Shown: positions 1 through 8,270 of the stretch, piece by piece
Layout of the letters: each line of letters starts with the position of its first letter
How positions within the stretch are numbered: the first letter of the stretch is position 1
Virus record (IMG/VR): IMGVR_UViG_3300034161_000018
Span: 32,001 to 96,000 of that record
Origin: a virus
Lineage: Duplodnaviria > Caudoviricetes
Length of the DNA: 64,000 nucleotides
Strand: one strand, 5' to 3'
Position numbers and translations under genes: made by a program
The notes under the pieces: generated by a model
The model's database searches: none
Seen by the model: only the letters and a program-made list of their open reading frames with translations
What the model was told of the DNA's origin: nothing

Positions 1-46
1 ATTGCTAGCGGCAACCCGAGTAGGCTAAGCGCTAAAAGGATTTCCA

Positions 47-814
47 TTAGAACGCTGGCAGCCCTTCCAGTTCGTAACCCATGATGAATTTGAAAAACGT
101 TTTGGATGGAAGCAAACCGCCTTCGATATACGTGCGGTAGCCAACCGGCCAACGCCAGCCTTTGTATTTCAATTCGCAGGAACCGTTTTGGCTCCCGTCC
201 CAACGGTTCGTACTCCAACCTTTGAAATGGTTGCGATGGGCTTTCGCTTCCACTTTTTCCAGTTTGGTCAGGAACGCATCTAGGTCAAACGTTTCGAGTT
301 TCATCCGAACCGGGAAAGGCAAACGTTGTCCAGCCGGGAAACGTTCTTTCGGATCGAACGGTGCGCTTTCACGCCAGAAGCCAGCGGTCTTCGGCTCCTG
401 ATAGCAACCGATGTTTAGTTTGCACCACGTTTTCTGTCCGGAGAAACGCGGAATCTTTTTCGGCGCTGGCAATTCCTGAAACTCAGGCTGCGAAGAACTG
501 ATTCGCCCGGTCGGTGTGCCAAGACGCCGTTGTGCCGCACGTTCGACAATTTGTTTGCCGTTCTTGCGTTTCCAATGCAGCACTTCGCGGGCCGCTTTGG
601 TTGTCACCACTTGTTCAACGCCGTCGAAGAACTGCAACAGCGTGCCGCCAGCAGTCAACAGCTTTTTGATTTCAAACAGGGCCGTCGTGCTTTTCAGCAG
701 CAACGATTCCAGTTCTTCGATTTCCAGATTGGCGGAAACTCGGAGTTCCAACGCGCTCAAGTCTTTCAAATCTTGGCCCACCTTCTTTGTGAATTCTTTG
801 GCAATACGTTTCAT
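47..814 (-). CDS. hypothetical protein; C-terminal KGWS..NGS.E...WP.G..YI....PS..F motif
   Basis: 255-aa ORF abutting the next gene (ATGA overlap at 811-814); C-terminal motif resembles a phage/bacterial family that I recall normally carries Zn ligands. Confidence 0.75.
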   Translation of the reverse strand: MKRIAKEFTKKVGQDLKDLSALELRVSANLEIEELESLLLKSTTALFEIKKLLTAGGTLLQFFDGVEQVVTTKAAREVLHWKRKNGKQIVERAAQRRLGTPTGRISSSQPEFQELPAPKKIPRFSGQKTWCKLNIGCYQEPKTAGFWRESAPFDPKERFPAGQRLPFPVRMKLETFDLDAFLTKLEKVEAKAHRNHFKGWSTNRWDGSQNGSCELKYKGWRWPVGYRTYIEGGLLPSKTFFKFIMGYELEGLPAF

Positions 815-1293
815 TTAAGCCCCGGTGTCAGTCTGTATTCAGAGGAAAGGCGCAGCCGGTGTACGCCGTTTTCGTCGATGTAATAGCGCCAGTTGCGATC
901 TTCCTCACGGAAGTTTTTCGGCGTGCGTTTGTTGTGCGGCCCGACGTGTCGCAGATAAAACACTGCATCCCAAACCAAATCTTTCAGCGGTTTGTTTTTG
1001 GTGTACGGCAATTCGCGCACCAGCTTGTCGGTAAACTCGCCGTCGATTACCCAGTTCGCATACACTTCAATTTGAAACGTGCGCTTTGCGTCAGCGGCTC
1101 GGCGCAGGTCTTCAAAAATACCGTCCTGCAAAAGATAGTAGGTCAGCGCCCCGCCGTATGCCGAAACATACGTGCGCGTATTGAAGTGCGAAATGAACAA
1201 CGGTTCCGCGCAAAACATTTCAGTGTTTACGCCACGACGTTTGACCAGCGGAGTTTGAACCGGAACCTCTACGGTTTTGTCCGCGAGCCTCAT
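811..1293 (-). CDS. hypothetical protein
   Basis: 160-aa ORF with 4-bp overlaps at both ends. Confidence 0.8.
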   Translation of the reverse strand: MRLADKTVEVPVQTPLVKRRGVNTEMFCAEPLFISHFNTRTYVSAYGGALTYYLLQDGIFEDLRRAADAKRTFQIEVYANWVIDGEFTDKLVRELPYTKNKPLKDLVWDAVFYLRHVGPHNKRTPKNFREEDRNWRYYIDENGVHRLRLSSEYRLTPGLK

Positions 1294-2216
1294 GATGGCG
1301 ACTTCACAACAACGGTCAACACTTCAACATTATCGGCAATCTCTTTCAGTGCCGGATTCTTGAAGCGGAACGGAAGCGCAAACATGCACTTGTCGAGTTC
1401 CCGATTTGGTTCGGCGTATTCCACAAACACCGTCGAGTCAACGATTAGGTGCAGGCGCTGGCCCGGCCCTTCGTGTTCGCGAATCTTTGCAACCGCCGCA
1501 ATCAGTTCAACCGGCGATTTCACATGCAGGAAAGCGTGCGGGTCGGGTTTGCGTTCCAAGGCGCGTTTGTCGAATTCGATGCGTTGAATCTTCGACAGGC
1601 TGTTCATGGAAAACATAATCACGTTTTCACGATTGCGAATGCGGCTTACCAGAATGGTTTCGATTGCACGCTTTACAATGCGATTATCGTCACCGACCAT
1701 CAAGCAATTGTAGGAACGGGACGGGCGCGGTTTTTCTGAAACCCCAAACGCCACCATGCTACCGGCAGGAATTCCCCCTTTCAACTTTTCGTCCCGCAGC
1801 GGCAGGCCGGTTTCCAGTTTCTCCGACATTTGTTGCGGAGGCATACGCACGCGGGTTTGAACAGGAAGCGCGTTCCACGCTTTAATCTTTTCTTGGCCGA
1901 TTGGTGAAGCCATAAACAGGCGCCACATTCGATCATGCGATTTCATACGGCGGTCACGGTCGCCTTCTTGCGGATAGTTGTCAAACAGAAATGTCGAAAT
2001 GTCCGCGCTATCCAGTGCGAAGATTTTGGAGGTGCCGTCCGGAAGGATCAAATAGCTGACAACGTTTTCGATTTCCAAAAACGCTTGCCCTTGTCCCCAC
2101 TTCTTAACCAGTTTCACAACACAGCGCGGAAACTGTTTGGCGAAAGCGAACTGCATGCGCTTCAACATCATTGCTGCGCGTTCTTCTTGGGTGCGTTTAC
2201 CTTTTGGTGGTGCCAT
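1290..2216 (-). CDS. hypothetical protein, possible degenerate RecA-like/P-loop domain at the C-terminus
   Basis: Start reset to MAPPKGK (2216); LHLIVDS resembles Walker B, but no Walker A is seen. Confidence 0.7.
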   Translation of the reverse strand: MAPPKGKRTQEERAAMMLKRMQFAFAKQFPRCVVKLVKKWGQGQAFLEIENVVSYLILPDGTSKIFALDSADISTFLFDNYPQEGDRDRRMKSHDRMWRLFMASPIGQEKIKAWNALPVQTRVRMPPQQMSEKLETGLPLRDEKLKGGIPAGSMVAFGVSEKPRPSRSYNCLMVGDDNRIVKRAIETILVSRIRNRENVIMFSMNSLSKIQRIEFDKRALERKPDPHAFLHVKSPVELIAAVAKIREHEGPGQRLHLIVDSTVFVEYAEPNRELDKCMFALPFRFKNPALKEIADNVEVLTVVVKSPS

Positions 2217-2382
2217 GATATTAAGTCCTGAACCTGAGAGAAAGAAGAATTGCTGTGATGAAAATAAAAGCGTAGCCACAAACATTCGCTGGCGTAGCTT
2301 CGGAGTGTTGCAGCATTACGGCGGCGCCTCCAGCTACTGCGGCGCAAGCGTACCAGCGAATGTTCATGTTTCGTTTCCTTGT

Positions 2383-2670
2383 TTATTCGAGATATTCACG
2401 CGCTTTCAAAATGTCGCGCCAGTACCAAACCAAACCGTCTTTGTTGCACATACCGTCAACGACGAGGTGACACAAATCATCAAACGTTTCTGCAACGGTT
2501 CGCTGGTCGTAACGCTGGTGAACATCCAGCTTGCCGTCTTCACGTTGATAAATGTGCATTTCGCTTTTCGAGCCGGTCTGCATATCGAAGCACACGCCGA
2601 ATTCGGTTTTACGGATTTCGACCTGTACGCCTTCCTCAATCGCTTCGAGAATCGCCTGATGAATTTGCAT
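2383..2670 (-). CDS. hypothetical protein
   Basis: 95-aa ORF in a tightly packed minus-strand run. Confidence 0.75.
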   Translation of the reverse strand: MQIHQAILEAIEEGVQVEIRKTEFGVCFDMQTGSKSEMHIYQREDGKLDVHQRYDQRTVAETFDDLCHLVVDGMCNKDGLVWYWRDILKAREYLE

Positions 2671-2671
2671 T

Positions 2672-2956
2672 TTAGTTTCCCCGTGTGCCAGAACGGTCTA
2701 CGAAATGTTCACCGTCCGAATTGGTTTTCGTGTGGCGGGCGTTGTCCAGCGCTTCGTCGAGAGATTGGCCGGTTGCGCTGATCCAACCGTGATCTTTGAC
2801 GTGCCAAACAATGCGATGTTGTTTGTAGGTGCCCGTCGAATCGAAGTCCACCGAAACACTGGCAAACCGACTGCGCTCTTTCAACCAGTGGTAATTCGCC
2901 AGATCGTTTTTCAGAACTTCGTTTTGTTCGGCCAGATACTCGGGTGTGTTTTCCAT
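2672..2956 (-). CDS. hypothetical protein
   Basis: 94-aa ORF, 1-bp gaps to neighbours. Confidence 0.75.
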   Translation of the reverse strand: MENTPEYLAEQNEVLKNDLANYHWLKERSRFASVSVDFDSTGTYKQHRIVWHVKDHGWISATGQSLDEALDNARHTKTNSDGEHFVDRSGTRGN

Positions 2957-2957
2957 A

Positions 2958-3311
2958 TTACACCTGTTGGATTGGAGTACGGCGAAGTTTATCTACGTCC
3001 TTCTGCGCTTGTTTGCGAGCGGCGCGTTTGATGGCGTAGGCCAGTGCGTCTTGATATTCCTGTTCGTAAACTTTGTTGTAAAGTTTTTGTACGTCTTCTT
3101 GAACACGTTCGTCGGTCATGGCGCTAAGAACCAAATCTTCGACGTGTTTGCGAATCTGCGCACGCACCGGGCCGAGCTTCTGGCCGTAGAAAGAATTGTC
3201 GCTCAGCAGATTCGTTGCGACCTTATTGAATTCGTCGGTCACAACTGTTTGAAGTCTTGCTGCAATGTCGCGCTTGATCTTGGAATCGTCTACTTCAAAA
3301 TCTACTTTCAC
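2958..3311 (-). CDS. hypothetical helical protein
   Basis: 117-aa ORF, tight packing. Confidence 0.75.
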   Translation of the reverse strand: MKVDFEVDDSKIKRDIAARLQTVVTDEFNKVATNLLSDNSFYGQKLGPVRAQIRKHVEDLVLSAMTDERVQEDVQKLYNKVYEQEYQDALAYAIKRAARKQAQKDVDKLRRTPIQQV

Positions 3312-3313
3312 GC

Positions 3314-3718
3314 TTAGGCTTCCTGTTGTTGGTCAGTGTTTTCTGGTTTGGCGATTCGCTCAAACCGCGCCGGAACCCGTTCGCCCTGTGAATCGTTTGG
3401 CGCAGTGTCGAACAGTCGGATGGTTTCACAACCGCGCAAAGCTTGGTGAAGCAAGCGCAACATTTTTCCGTTGTACGGGCCTTGCCCCGCCAGTAGAGTC
3501 GTAATGCCAAACGTTTGTCCGACCGGCATCCTTTCGATTTTCGCCATGCAGCGTTTTACCCACGCTTCGTCGGAACAGTGGTCTTCCAGATATTGCAATT
3601 GTTGCGTCAACAGTTTCTCGACCGCTTCGTTGAACTGCAAACCGGCAACGCTTGGTTCGTTCACGATTCGGCCAACCAGTTCAGCACTCAATGCAACACC
3701 AGTGTTTACGCGTTCCAT
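3314..3718 (-). CDS. hypothetical protein
   Basis: Start reset to MERVNTG, just after the stop of the upstream gene. Confidence 0.7.
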   Translation of the reverse strand: MERVNTGVALSAELVGRIVNEPSVAGLQFNEAVEKLLTQQLQYLEDHCSDEAWVKRCMAKIERMPVGQTFGITTLLAGQGPYNGKMLRLLHQALRGCETIRLFDTAPNDSQGERVPARFERIAKPENTDQQQEA

Positions 3719-3720
3719 TG

Positions 3721-4044
3721 TTAGTCTTCCTTGTACAAGAATTCGTGATCGAAATTCAGTTCTTCCGGATTCGGATTGAAACTCGGATTCGGTGGGTCGG
3801 CCTCGCCAAGCAGTTTTAGGAGGTCTTTGTTTATGATGTTTACCGTGGCCCCTTGCATCCACTTTTTGTTTTCTTCCATGCGCTCGCTGGTAATGCTGAA
3901 AGAACCGTGGTTGTCTTGGTGCGAAATGCTCAGGCCGTGTTTGTCGTAAAGCTCAAACAATTCCTTTTTGAAATCTTCGGCCTTCCGTTCGTTTGGCGAG
4001 AGCGGCGGCGGGTAATCATCGGAACCACTAAACAGTCTCACCAC
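3721..4044 (-). CDS. hypothetical protein
   Basis: 107-aa ORF (GTG start), tight packing. Confidence 0.7.
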   Translation of the reverse strand: MVRLFSGSDDYPPPLSPNERKAEDFKKELFELYDKHGLSISHQDNHGSFSITSERMEENKKWMQGATVNIINKDLLKLLGEADPPNPSFNPNPEELNFDHEFLYKED

Positions 4045-4291
4045 GTTGTTCGTCCTCCTGCATTTCCCGCACAGTGATTTTCATAACCTGTTCTTCGGAA
4101 AACTGGCCGTCGTTAATAAGTTCCTCCAGCGCATCACCGGCGCTACGCAAAACATCGGCCAGATAGTTTGGGCGGAAAACTCCAGCCGCATCGCGCAGCG
4201 GATACGAACGGGTCAGTTCGATTGTCTCAAACGGATTGCCCAAGTCGATTTCCGCTTCGACGATAAACATCTTTTGTTCGGTGCTTGCCAT
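4028..4291 (-). CDS. hypothetical protein
   Basis: 87-aa ORF directly after the stop at 4292. Confidence 0.75.
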   Translation of the reverse strand: MASTEQKMFIVEAEIDLGNPFETIELTRSYPLRDAAGVFRPNYLADVLRSAGDALEELINDGQFSEEQVMKITVREMQEDEQRGETV

Positions 4292-5026
4292 TTAATGAAC
4301 CTCGTAACCCGGAACGTTCAGGCGTACCACGGTGCGGTTGCAGTCAAACGGAACCGGCAAACTTTCGTGAACAAACGTCACGTTCCCGGCGTAGGCCATG
4401 TTCGCTTCAAACATCATTTCGCGCATATGCGAAAAGTCCAAATGCGAAACATCGCCGCCCTGTCCAATCACACCATCCCATTCGCCAATCATTGCGCGGC
4501 AAGCTGGAATGTTTGAAGCGAGAATAATCGCTTCGGTCGGCCAGTAGGTTTCCATCGTGCGGTGCGTATTGTGTTGCCCAATCATTTCGATTGTGCGGTG
4601 CCCCGGCGTTGGCGTTGTTCCGTGACGCGGCCCGCTTGGCCCTGTGCGGTGACGGCCCGGTTCGGTACGGTGTCCAGCGAGAAGAATTTCGGTTTCACGC
4701 GGCGCAGTAAAATGTTTTGGCCGAACGTTGTGTTGCGGTTCTTCCGGCTTTGGATTTCCATGCGCGTTGTATTGCGGAACCCAGTAACCGTCAATGTGCA
4801 TTCCGCCGCGACGGTGCAACTGTTGGGCCGGTACAAACTTTTCGTCAACCATCAGAAAGATTGGGCCGTCAGTATCAACGCCGTCGAGCATTTGTTCTAC
4901 GGTCGGCGCCCAGCGTTGCAGGTCTTTCGGCAAACCTTTCTTCTTGGTGAATTCGCGCATGTACACGCGCTCGGCCATGAATTCTGGAAACTGAACAGCG
5001 CCAATTGTTTGAACGATACTTTGCAT
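4292..5026 (-). CDS. putative 2OG-Fe(II) dioxygenase-like (DSBH) protein
   Basis: Start MQSIVQT with upstream AGGGA; HxD (MHIDG) plus distal His (FVHES) and terminal R-x-V-V-R, the facial-triad and 2OG-binding pattern. Confidence 0.55.
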   Translation of the reverse strand: MQSIVQTIGAVQFPEFMAERVYMREFTKKKGLPKDLQRWAPTVEQMLDGVDTDGPIFLMVDEKFVPAQQLHRRGGMHIDGYWVPQYNAHGNPKPEEPQHNVRPKHFTAPRETEILLAGHRTEPGRHRTGPSGPRHGTTPTPGHRTIEMIGQHNTHRTMETYWPTEAIILASNIPACRAMIGEWDGVIGQGGDVSHLDFSHMREMMFEANMAYAGNVTFVHESLPVPFDCNRTVVRLNVPGYEVH

Positions 5027-5037
5027 TTCTATTTCCC

Positions 5038-5277
5038 TTACCGGAGGCCAGTGGTTGCCGCGATGATTACGGAATACGCTGTGCGACGGTTGCGCATTTT
5101 GTTGAGTTCGGACGCCTGCTTTTCCGCAACCGCCTGATCGGAAAAGTGCATTGCGTGTTGGCCGACGCCCGTGTGGCACACGCCGCCGTTCGCCATAAAC
5201 ATCGAAACGTAACGCGTGTTTGGAACGGTGTTGTCACGGATGATAAAAAGATCGACTTCCTTTTCTTCGGCCATCAC
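5038..5277 (-). CDS. hypothetical protein
   Basis: 79-aa ORF, ATGA overlap. Confidence 0.7.
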   Translation of the reverse strand: MMAEEKEVDLFIIRDNTVPNTRYVSMFMANGGVCHTGVGQHAMHFSDQAVAEKQASELNKMRNRRTAYSVIIAATTGLR

Positions 5278-5792
5278 TCAATCTCCAAACCATCAACGCG
5301 TTCGCGCAGTTCGTTCGACTCTTTGTACGAATCCTGCAATTGTTTGTACCACTGCATATGCTGATCGAAATCCAGTTCTGCAAGTGGCGTGAATTGGAAA
5401 GTTCGCGAAGTGGTGCCACCCATTCGGTCGAAGTGGTCTTCGATTTCCCACGTCAACAGTCCCGGCTGAAAGTGCGTGAGCAAAGGCGTTTGGCCTTCGT
5501 CCATCACATACCGGCGCAGGTCTTCGACTTCGCAAAGGTCGAGGTCTTCCAGAAACCCGATAACGCCGTCGCCGGTTTCTTCTTCAAACTCTGGCTCGGT
5601 CGCCAAACCTTTTTCGCGCAGCCATTCGACCAGCACGTCGTCATTGATTTGCAGAAACGTTTGGATTTCGGAAACAGCGAGTTCGGCAGGAAACAGCGAA
5701 CCATCGGTTTCGTCTTCCGGTCGGAACAGGATTTGCCCAATAAGGGTTTTCAACTGTTCGGGAGTTTTCACAATTACTTGCAACATAGTCAA
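5274..5792 (-). CDS. hypothetical acidic protein
   Basis: 172-aa ORF, 4-bp overlaps. Confidence 0.8.
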   Translation of the reverse strand: MTMLQVIVKTPEQLKTLIGQILFRPEDETDGSLFPAELAVSEIQTFLQINDDVLVEWLREKGLATEPEFEEETGDGVIGFLEDLDLCEVEDLRRYVMDEGQTPLLTHFQPGLLTWEIEDHFDRMGGTTSRTFQFTPLAELDFDQHMQWYKQLQDSYKESNELRERVDGLEIE

Positions 5793-6259
5793 ACCTCTCT
5801 ATCGGTTCCGATAACCATATGGTCGCCAAGTTCAAACGAAACTTCGTCTTTCGTTGCAATCCAGTAGTCGAGCAAGGCGCTGAAATTGTCCACGATAGAA
5901 TGGCACAAACTATCGCGGGTGATTGACGAACCGCCGTGTGGTTGCGGCAGAACGTGCGGCTCTGTCATTTCGCAAAGGTTTGAATAAACGTCTTCGTAAA
6001 TCGACGACGCTTTCATGTCTGCGTTAGAACCGGCTTTAATGTCCATGAGAAACGGCAACTGCAATTTGAGCGCATCGAGTTCGTGCATCAAATCGTTTAC
6101 AGCTTCTAGCGTGATCGACTCGCCGTCTTTGCCGGAGATAAAGTTTGTGCCGAAAATGTATTGCGCAACCATATGCAGCAACACAAGTTTATCGGCATTC
6201 GACTTACGTTGCATCATGGCGTTAATGCGGCCCTGTGCAGTTGCTGGTGTCATGGTCAT
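5789..6259 (-). CDS. hypothetical protein
   Basis: 156-aa ORF, tight packing. Confidence 0.8.
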   Translation of the reverse strand: MTMTPATAQGRINAMMQRKSNADKLVLLHMVAQYIFGTNFISGKDGESITLEAVNDLMHELDALKLQLPFLMDIKAGSNADMKASSIYEDVYSNLCEMTEPHVLPQPHGGSSITRDSLCHSIVDNFSALLDYWIATKDEVSFELGDHMVIGTDREV

Positions 6260-6260
6260 T

Positions 6261-6494
6261 TCAAATATCCCCTATGCAACGAGCGCACTTTTCTTTAGAG
6301 AGTTTTTTCCGAAGGTGCGTGATGGTGTTATCCGCGACAAACATATCCTTGCGCAACGAATCGTTTGTTTCCTCCAGCGAATTTATTTTCCAGACCAACA
6401 CAGTGATTGCGTAGGTCAGGCCAGCGATCAAAACGGTGACAACGCAAATCAGCGCAGCCAGAATGATTAGATCGAAAGACAGTATATGGTTCAT
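6261..6494 (-). CDS. small membrane-anchored coiled-coil protein
   Basis: N-terminal hydrophobic stretch LIILAALICVVTVLIAGLTYAITVLVW followed by a heptad-like segment. Confidence 0.75.
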   Translation of the reverse strand: MNHILSFDLIILAALICVVTVLIAGLTYAITVLVWKINSLEETNDSLRKDMFVADNTITHLRKKLSKEKCARCIGDI

Positions 6495-6601
6495 TGGTGC
6501 GGCCCCAAGTGTTTAGCGTTAAGGCCGACCTTGGCCTATAAAGTTTCCATCGCAAAATCCTAACTACTTAATAGGTGGTGGCGTCCATGCCTGATTGATC
6601 C

Positions 6602-6769
6602 TTATTCCGCGACTTGCGGAGGGTGCAGCAAGGAAACCGATTTGATCGGCCCCTTGAATTTGAAACAGCGCTGGATGAAATCGCGCACGTCTTCCTCAGA
6701 CTTTCCGTATTCTTCTTGCGACGGTTGGTCTGCGCGTTCAAACTCAATTACATAAAGTTGTTCGGCCAT
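6602..6769 (-). CDS. small hypothetical protein (55 aa, MAEQLYVIEFERAD...), missed by the ORF track
   Basis: Translated by hand; AAGGAG RBS 5 nt before ATG; fills the gap after 6779. Confidence 0.7.
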   Translation of the reverse strand: MAEQLYVIEFERADQPSQEEYGKSEEDVRDFIQRCFKFKGPIKSVSLLHPPQVAE

Positions 6770-6778
6770 CTTGGCTCC

Positions 6779-8041
6779 TTAAAATTTCAGTTTGGTAACT
6801 TTGCACATACGGCACGGCGCCTCATTTACGTGTCGTACAGCCTTGCGAAACATTTTTGCGCCTGCATCGTTGGTCAACACAATGTCGCCCCGGCGCAGAT
6901 AAAGTTCGTCAACGTTGCGGCCAGCGATTCGCACGTCTTCGTCAACGAAATGCACAAGCTGCCCATCCGTTTTGTCGGTGTCGTATTCCATCAACGTGAC
7001 GGCGTGCGTGTAATCATCGGCCCAACGCAATTGCGAAATGTCACCCATCGCTTCACGGAACGATTTGTCAATAACTGCAAACAATGCCTGTGCGTTAAAC
7101 ACTTTGGCAATTGGCTTTTCAACTTTCGGAGCGCGTGGTGCCCGAATGATTGGTACGCTGCCCTTTGGCCGACGTGGGCGAATGATTGGAACATGCGAAT
7201 CACGTTCGGCAATATGATCGAACGCAACACGCACAACCGTTTTCGCTACCACAACCTTTTGCGCCTGTTTCGCCAGCGCCTTGTTTAGCTGGTCGATGAA
7301 TTCAGGCTCGCTCGGCCAGAAGGTAATCAGTTCGCGGAATTGTTCGTGTGTGCAAACAACCGTAAACGTCGCGGAATGTTTCATGCGGTCGCCGATTCGC
7401 ACGACAGCCTGTTTGATAATCCCGGCCCATTCCTTTTTCGGAATCTTTGTTTGAACCTTTGGCACGACGGGTTGCGGCGCCGAGACGTGGCCTTTCTTCT
7501 TCACAATTACCACGCTGAATTTCCCGAAAGTCACATTGCCCGCGAGAAACGAAACCTTGAGCGCAACCGTCCGCATCAGGTCGCGGAACATATTTCTGAA
7601 ACGCCCGTCGAAGTCCGCTGTTTTGTAGAAGGCCAGCACGCGAGTTTCAAAAGCCGCTTGGGTAATCGTGTATTCCGGGTGACGATTGTGCTCGAAATCT
7701 TCGACGAACGAATCGCGCAAACGAATCATATGCGAAGCCCAATCACATTTCGCGGCGCGCTTCGGTTCTTCCATAGGAACCAGTTCAGTTTGGTTCGGTT
7801 TCATGTACGCCAAAACAAAACCACGGCCTTGCGGCTGCATCAAATAGTTTTTGCTGCTCAGGTATTGGCGAACCTGCATGGTGATTTGCGGCGTGGACGT
7901 GTGACCGAAATAATGTTGCACCAGATCGTTGTACTTCTTGCGCGAAACAACATAAGTGTCTTGCAGCGAAGTATTCAGGTGGCTCAGCATTCCATTTGCC
8001 ACTTCGACGATGCTGGGATTTGCTTGAACTAAAGAAACCAT
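6779..8041 (-). CDS. hypothetical basic protein
   Basis: 420-aa ORF (GTG start, AAGGA upstream). Confidence 0.8.
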   Translation of the reverse strand: MVSLVQANPSIVEVANGMLSHLNTSLQDTYVVSRKKYNDLVQHYFGHTSTPQITMQVRQYLSSKNYLMQPQGRGFVLAYMKPNQTELVPMEEPKRAAKCDWASHMIRLRDSFVEDFEHNRHPEYTITQAAFETRVLAFYKTADFDGRFRNMFRDLMRTVALKVSFLAGNVTFGKFSVVIVKKKGHVSAPQPVVPKVQTKIPKKEWAGIIKQAVVRIGDRMKHSATFTVVCTHEQFRELITFWPSEPEFIDQLNKALAKQAQKVVVAKTVVRVAFDHIAERDSHVPIIRPRRPKGSVPIIRAPRAPKVEKPIAKVFNAQALFAVIDKSFREAMGDISQLRWADDYTHAVTLMEYDTDKTDGQLVHFVDEDVRIAGRNVDELYLRRGDIVLTNDAGAKMFRKAVRHVNEAPCRMCKVTKLKF

Positions 8042-8047
8042 CGTGAA

Positions 8048-8218
8048 TCATCCTTTGTGGTGCGGGCCGTAAATAGCGTTCATTACTTTGCATTCAGATT
8101 CTGCCGTGATGGCGCGGCGTTTCCATTCGCGTAGCTCAAAGGCTTGGAAAATAATCAACGCAGCTTCCACTAAAACGCCGACCAACATAATTGTCATCGC
8201 AACATTTTCAGTATTCAT
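8048..8218 (-). CDS. small membrane protein (56 aa, MNTENVAMTIMLVGVLVEAALIIFQAF...), missed by the ORF track
   Basis: Translated by hand; one TM helix; fills the gap. Confidence 0.65.
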   Translation of the reverse strand: MNTENVAMTIMLVGVLVEAALIIFQAFELREWKRRAITAESECKVMNAIYGPHHKG

Positions 8219-8270
8219 GGCAGAACCCCGTTTGAGTCAGCGGCCCTTTCGAGCCGCAAACATTTTTGTG

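Noticed and set aside
6495-6600. Intergenic gap as another cassette copy
   Set aside because: Only a short AGGCC/GGCCT hairpin; no CGTAAG/CTTACG sites or extended -10 at the expected spacing.
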